The notes under the pieces: model-generated
Database searches by the model: none
The model's input: only the letters and a program-made list of their open reading frames with translations
What the model was told of the DNA's origin: nothing
Translations under genes and position numbers: made by a program
Part shown: piece by piece, positions 27,452-32,000 of the stretch
How positions within the stretch are numbered: position 1 is the first letter of the stretch
Layout: the number at the start of each line of letters is the position of its first letter
Origin: Bdellovibrionales bacterium
Lineage (GTDB): Bacteria > Bdellovibrionota > Bdellovibrionia > Bdellovibrionales > UBA1609
NCBI GenBank assembly: GCA_965247685.1
Contig: OZ252021.1
Span: forward strand, 810,001-842,000
Length of the DNA: 32,000 bases
Direction of reading: 5' to 3'

Positions 27452-28390
27452 TTATGGTTTATTTGCTTCAAGTTCTTTGATTCTGTCTTTCATCCTTTGC
27501 TTAATACGCTCTCGCACTCTTTTATCGGAGCCTGTAAGTATAGTGGTCGCTGATCCAATGAGTGTCACAGGTGCCATCAAAAATCCTCCGATTTTCAATA
27601 GCTGATCTCTAAAAGGTGTAGCCCATGGGGAAAAGAGTAATCCCACTCCAAAGGCTGCTCCCCCCACCCCTCCAGCTATTTCCAAATCCTCGTCGTCAGT
27701 CATAGCTTTCGCTATCTCGGAGCCAACCTGGTATCCAATATATCCTGTTCCTGTTATGACCAGCACCAATGGGCCGAAGGTCGTCGAGGCTTGCAAGAGT
27801 GTTACTGTCAAGCCCATTGGACCAAGCGCTCCCACATAGCGACATATTAAGTTTGTCAACCCCGGGGTGTTTAAACAAGACTTCACATCACCCAGTGCAT
27901 CTAAGTAGAGATTCAGAACAGGACGCACTGTTTCAAGAGAGGCCTTGATTGTTCCGGCATCTTGACTGGCATTTTCAAACTCTGCATGGAAATAAGACTT
28001 GATAGTTGAATTTTCTTTATCCACTAAAAGCTCTTTTGTTAGTTTATAAGTAGATATGAGATAATCATGCACCCCTGCCATTATCCCCATGCCACAACCT
28101 GTGACGTGGTTTGATCTAGGACAACCTTTAATAAATTTCCTTTTCACCCCTTTGCATTCAGGTTTTCTTCGCATCTTTCTGCAAAGCAAGTTACCAGTAT
28201 CAGTTGAAAATTCTATCAAGTCTCTTTCTCCTAAGTTGCTACTGAGTGGTGTTTTTTGAGGGCAATTTTGAGTAGTACAAGGACTTCCAGCTTCTGTATC
28301 AGATTCATCAGGATCATAGGAAAAACTAGATCCAGCGCTTAAAAGAAATAAACTTAATAGCACTACCTTTAAACTATTTTTTGTATTCAT
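27452..28390 (-). CDS. Secreted Cys-rich / glycine-zipper multi-TM protein, cassette copy A
   Basis: 312 aa. Signal peptide MNTKNSLKVVLLSLFLLSAGSS, a Cys-rich N-terminal half, and Gly-rich hydrophobic helices in the C-terminal half (ITGTGYIGYQVGSEI, IAGGVGGAAFGVGLLF, IGGFLMAPVTLIGSA). Basic coiled tail. Its start overlaps the upstream stop (ATGA). Confidence 0.7.
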   Translation of the reverse strand: MNTKNSLKVVLLSLFLLSAGSSFSYDPDESDTEAGSPCTTQNCPQKTPLSSNLGERDLIEFSTDTGNLLCRKMRRKPECKGVKRKFIKGCPRSNHVTGCGMGIMAGVHDYLISTYKLTKELLVDKENSTIKSYFHAEFENASQDAGTIKASLETVRPVLNLYLDALGDVKSCLNTPGLTNLICRYVGALGPMGLTVTLLQASTTFGPLVLVITGTGYIGYQVGSEIAKAMTDDEDLEIAGGVGGAAFGVGLLFSPWATPFRDQLLKIGGFLMAPVTLIGSATTILTGSDKRVRERIKQRMKDRIKELEANKP

Positions 28391-29011
28391 TTCTCTTCTC
28401 CTTCTTTATCTTTACCTTTATTCTTATCTTTCTGATCTAAAACTGTCATTTGTATTCCTATTTTTTGTGCTTTTTTGAAAAACCTACTCACACTTCTATT
28501 TTGAAGTGCCTCTGTTTTTGGACTAATCACCAATATTTGATAGATGTGATCTGAAAAATAAAGCAGTCTTTCTTTAAAGAAGACAAGTTGTGTAACATTT
28601 CTTTTATAAGAGCCAGTGATATTCAATTCAATAAATTTTTTTCTCTTCTTTAAACTGTGTTGATCGGCTTTCCAAGTTCCGATATTGAAGAGCATAAGAT
28701 CTTCTTGTTTTAGTTGAACAAATTTTTCGAAAAAATCATCGGACTGTAATTCTTTCCAATCAACTTTTTTATCTTTTTTTTGGAGATAAAGAGTGCCAAT
28801 AACTTTAGGATTGTCTTTTAATTTGTAAGTTGAAACTCCATCGGCGACACGAACTCCTGACCATTGAGAACCCATATCATGGATAGGAAGAGGAGCAGGA
28901 GCTAGCTCTAACTCTATTTTTTCTGTTTCTTTAGGAGATTGCTCTTTATTAGAAGTGTTATTTTTTTTTGAAAAGGCAGTTCCACTAATAAAAAGAGTTA
29001 ATAAAATAAAA
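28201..29011. repeat. Near-identical 811-bp duplicated block, copy A (partner 31190-32000)
   Basis: Line-by-line comparison found 5 mismatches in 811 nt. Identity drops sharply below 28201/31190, where copy A carries 6 extra nt. Confidence 0.85.
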
Positions 29012-29040
29012 AATTTCATAAGGTAAATTATACGATACAT
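28387..29040 (-). CDS. Secreted protein of unknown function, cassette copy A (upstream partner)
   Basis: 217 aa. Signal peptide MKFFILLTLFISGTAFS (likely start Met8 at 29019) and a Lys/Glu-rich C-terminal tail. It overlaps the downstream gene by 4 nt. Confidence 0.7.
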   Translation of the reverse strand: MYRIIYLMKFFILLTLFISGTAFSKKNNTSNKEQSPKETEKIELELAPAPLPIHDMGSQWSGVRVADGVSTYKLKDNPKVIGTLYLQKKDKKVDWKELQSDDFFEKFVQLKQEDLMLFNIGTWKADQHSLKKRKKFIELNITGSYKRNVTQLVFFKERLLYFSDHIYQILVISPKTEALQNRSVSRFFKKAQKIGIQMTVLDQKDKNKGKDKEGEEK

Positions 29041-29408
29041 TGACGACAGTTATCAATGAAAGACTATTTATTAAGTTGATGTTCCTAGACTTTATTCTAC
29101 TTAACAAACGATTGATATAGCAATGCCGATCTATGGAAGGGAAATTTTAACAGAGCCATAAATAAAATAGAAAAATTTGCTGAAGAAAGAGATTGGAGTA
29201 AATGGCTTAACTAGTGATATGGACAAATAACTCAAAGCACACAGTTCTAAATTCGTCCAGTTGCCCCCGCCATTCTCTCGCATCAGTGACACCAACAAAT
29301 AAATCGAATGGTTTTTTATAGAGATATTCGACACTTCTATTTATGACTTGAGATGAAAATTTATTAATTTTTTTAATAAATATTCGATATAGAAATGTAC
29401 TTGATGTT

Positions 29409-29436
29409 TTGATTGCACCACAATTTCCTATATGAT
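29409..29436 (+). promoter_or_regulatory. Sigma-70-like promoter candidate with no ORF downstream
   Basis: TTGATT (29409-29414), a 16-nt spacer, then TATGAT (29431-29436). Confidence 0.3.
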
Positions 29437-29489
29437 AAAATCACCATATAGAGGCACGCGAGCTGGGTCTCTATCTTTCATGGGTGCAA

Positions 29490-29520
29490 GAAGGTAGTGA
29501 GTTTTTCACCTTCTTTTTTA
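29490..29520 (+). terminator. Plus-strand rho-independent terminator candidate with no plus-strand ORF upstream
   Basis: GAAGGT(agt)GA / TCACCTTC stem, loop GTTTT, followed by TTTTTTATT. On the minus strand the hairpin is followed by TTGCACC, with no T-tract. Confidence 0.45.
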
Positions 29521-29542
29521 TTATAAATTATTTAAAAATAAA

Positions 29543-30226
29543 TTATGGAAAGAACAGCGTTTTTATCCAATGAGTAAAATTTCCTTTAAAGGTATTCATG
29601 GATTCACACGAGTATTCCTTTTGGTAAATGGGTTGATTAGAGTATTTTGAAAAATATTTTTTTACTTCTTGATCCGTCATAGGTTCTCTTTTTACAGGAT
29701 ACACATGACCAGTTGATTTTTTTCTCTTTTTGGTATCAAAATAAATTTTAGTTCCTTTTCTTGGGTGCTCTAAATAAGTAGAAGTCTCAGTGAGCTTGTG
29801 AGTTTTAAGATCTAAACTGAAAGTCACTAAGCTTGGACAGATAATATGTAAGCGAACGATTTGTTGATACTCACCCTTATAAAGTTTATCAAAAGTTTTT
29901 GTTCCTTCCTCAGCTAATTTTCCAGTTGGAGCTTTTATACTTGTCAAAACTGTATCTTGGATATAGTTCACTTGTGCCAATTGATCTGTGATTTGAATGT
30001 TATAGTGTCCACCCGGAGTTTTTGCATCTAAATGATCTTTATAATTCTTTTGTAAAGAACTTATGATTTTTGGAGGAAAGTCCATGTGATCGACTTGAAT
30101 ACCATTAAAATGTGACACAGAAAAAATAACACCTGTTCCAGTTTCTTTATGCAAGCAACTGTAATGTTTTTCTGCGCAGGCGTTAAAGCTGAATAAAATA
30201 AAAATAAGCAAGCAAAGTTTTTTCAT
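29543..30226 (-). CDS. Secreted protein or lipoprotein, unknown function
   Basis: 227 aa. Signal peptide MKKLCLLIFILFSFNAC. It lies between the two cassette copies on the same strand. Confidence 0.65.
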   Translation of the reverse strand: MKKLCLLIFILFSFNACAEKHYSCLHKETGTGVIFSVSHFNGIQVDHMDFPPKIISSLQKNYKDHLDAKTPGGHYNIQITDQLAQVNYIQDTVLTSIKAPTGKLAEEGTKTFDKLYKGEYQQIVRLHIICPSLVTFSLDLKTHKLTETSTYLEHPRKGTKIYFDTKKRKKSTGHVYPVKREPMTDQEVKKYFSKYSNQPIYQKEYSCESMNTFKGNFTHWIKTLFFP

Positions 30227-30392
30227 CTTCTTGCTTTAAAGTAACAAAATATTAAAAAATATGCAATTTAGAGGCATTAGAATAAGTGATATTTTAGTAT
30301 CAAAGTATTACAAACTCTTATCCATTTTCAATTTTATCAAAATGAAAAATTAATATTATACTATGTTCTGTTTGTCGTACTTAGCAGTGAGT

Positions 30393-31379
30393 TTAAGGCT
30401 TATTTGCTTCCCATTGCCTAATACGCTCTCGCTTTCTTTCAAGTTTATTTGCTTCATGTTCTTTGATTTTGTCTATCATCCTTTGCTTAACACGCTCTCG
30501 CACTCTTTTATCGGAGCCTGTAAGTAGAACTGTCATTGATCCAATGACTGTCACAGGTGTCGTAAAAATTCTTCCGAATTTCGAGAGCTTATTTCTAAGA
30601 GGTGCACCATATTTGGAAAATATTAATCCCACTCCAAGGGCTGTTCCCGCCACCCCTCCAGCTATTCTCGAATCCTCGTCGTCAGTCATAAGTTCCGTTA
30701 TTTCGGAGCCAATCTGGTACCCAATAAATCCTGCTCCTGTTAGGAACATCGTGAATGCGGCGGCCCCTCTCACGCGAGCCAAGACTGCTGTTGTCATGCC
30801 CACTAGAGGAACTCCTATCACATAGTGACATGCCATGTTTACCAACCCAACGTCGTTTAAACAAGAATTCACATCACGCAGTGCATCGAAGTAGAGCTGC
30901 AGAACAGGACGTACTGCTTCAATAGAGGCCTCGAATGTTCCGGCATCTTGACTGGCATTTTCAAACTCTGCATGAAAATAAGACTTGATAGTTGAATTTT
31001 CTTTATCCACTAAAAACTCTTTTGTTAGTTTATAAGTAGATACGAGATAATCTAACAACCCGTCAAACATCCCTAAGCCACAACCTTTGATTCCGTCAAA
31101 GACTTCGTCTGAACTACAACCTTTAAGAAATTCCTTTTTCTCCCCTTTGCATTCAGGTCTTTTTTGCATCTTTTTGCAAAGCAAGTCATCAGTTGAAAAT
31201 TCTATCAAGTCTCTTTCTCCTAAGTTGCTACTGAGTGGTGTTTTTTGAGGGCAATTTTGAGTAGTACAAGGACTTCCAGCTTCTGTATCAGATTCATCAG
31301 GATCATAGGAAAAACTAGATTCAGCGCTTAAAAGAAATAAACTTAATAGCACTACCTTTAAACTATTTTTTGTATTCAT
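30393..31379 (-). CDS. Secreted Cys-rich / glycine-zipper multi-TM protein, cassette copy B
   Basis: 328-aa paralog of 27452-28390. The first 64 aa are identical except for one residue, the centre is diverged, and the C-terminal tail carries an internal duplication (EANK...EANKP). Confidence 0.7.
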   Translation of the reverse strand: MNTKNSLKVVLLSLFLLSAESSFSYDPDESDTEAGSPCTTQNCPQKTPLSSNLGERDLIEFSTDDLLCKKMQKRPECKGEKKEFLKGCSSDEVFDGIKGCGLGMFDGLLDYLVSTYKLTKEFLVDKENSTIKSYFHAEFENASQDAGTFEASIEAVRPVLQLYFDALRDVNSCLNDVGLVNMACHYVIGVPLVGMTTAVLARVRGAAAFTMFLTGAGFIGYQIGSEITELMTDDEDSRIAGGVAGTALGVGLIFSKYGAPLRNKLSKFGRIFTTPVTVIGSMTVLLTGSDKRVRERVKQRMIDKIKEHEANKLERKRERIRQWEANKP

Positions 31380-32000
31380 TTCTCTTCTCCTTCTTTATCT
31401 TTACCTTTATTCTTATCTTTCTGATCTAAAACTGTCATTTGTATTCCTATTTTTTGTGCTTTTTTGAAAAACCTACTCACACTTCTATTTTGAAGTGCCT
31501 CTGTTTTTGGACTAATCACCAATATTTGATAGATGTGATTTGAAAAATAAAGCAGTCTTTCTTTAAAGAAGACAAGTTGTGTAACATTTCTTTTATAAGA
31601 GCCAGTGATATTCAATTCAATAAATTTTTTTCTCTTCTTTAAACTGTGTTGATCGGCTTTCCAAGATCCGATATTGAAGAGCATAAGATCTTCTTGTTTT
31701 AGTTGAACAAATTTTTCAAAAAAATCATCGGACTGTAATTCTTTCCAATCAACTTTTTTATCTTTTTTTTGGAGATAAAGAGTGCCAATAACTTTAGGAT
31801 TGTCTTTTAATTTGTAAGTTGAAACTCCATCGGCGACACGAACTCCTGACCATTGAGAACCCATATCATGGATAGGAAGAGGAGCAGGAGCTAGCTCTAA
31901 CTCTATTTTTTCTGTTTCTTTAGGAGATTGCTCTTTATTAGAAGTGTTATTTTTTTTTGAAAAGGCAGTCCCACTAATAAAAAGAGTTAATAAAATAAAA
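31190..32000. repeat. Near-identical 811-bp duplicated block, copy B (continues past the window end)
   Basis: Partner of 28201-29011. Confidence 0.85.
31376..32000 (-). CDS. Secreted protein of unknown function, cassette copy B (upstream partner), 5' end beyond the window
   Basis: It is collinear with 28387-29011 at an offset of 2989 nt, with about five substitutions. The frame stays open to the window edge, so the track's Met at 31864 is internal. Confidence 0.7.
   Translation of the reverse strand, partial: FILLTLFISGTAFSKKNNTSNKEQSPKETEKIELELAPAPLPIHDMGSQWSGVRVADGVSTYKLKDNPKVIGTLYLQKKDKKVDWKELQSDDFFEKFVQLKQEDLMLFNIGSWKADQHSLKKRKKFIELNITGSYKRNVTQLVFFKERLLYFSNHIYQILVISPKTEALQNRSVSRFFKKAQKIGIQMTVLDQKDKNKGKDKEGEEK

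Overview
AT-rich bacterial chromosomal segment with Gram-negative-type envelope genes. The gene content (GYF_2/TPR protein, SWIB protein, NfeD-SPFH pair, secreted ankyrin proteins) fits a Bdellovibrionota/Oligoflexia-like or other host-associated lineage, but that is a low-confidence inference. Positions 1-18.8 kb hold ordinary core genes: purH (5'-truncated), a family-5 ABC solute-binding protein, PBP4, pyrE, uvrC, an NfeD/stomatin operon, two lipoproteins, an XerC/D-type recombinase, BolA, a lysine-rich SWIB protein, map and orn. This block ends at tRNA-Asp(GTC). Everything from the tRNA to the window end (18.8-32 kb) looks accessory. (i) An AT-richer cluster of three orphan genes with phage-defence flavour: a DUF4238-like protein, an unknown 346-aa protein transcribed divergently from it, and an AbiTii-like protein. 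The stop-interrupted N-terminus of a serine recombinase lies next to them. (ii) A tandem array of three paralogous ankyrin-repeat genes with signal peptides. They share 5'/3' modules and very regular 33-aa repeats, and the third gene is frameshifted. (iii) A two-gene secreted cassette present twice: a 217-aa secreted protein and an overlapping gene for a Cys-rich, glycine-zipper membrane protein. About 0.8 kb of the two copies is >99% identical and the rest is clearly diverged. All family assignments come from reading motifs by eye; no searches were run. The best candidates for an undescribed system are the 19.3-22.6 kb defence-like cluster and the duplicated mosaic cassette at 27.4-32 kb.
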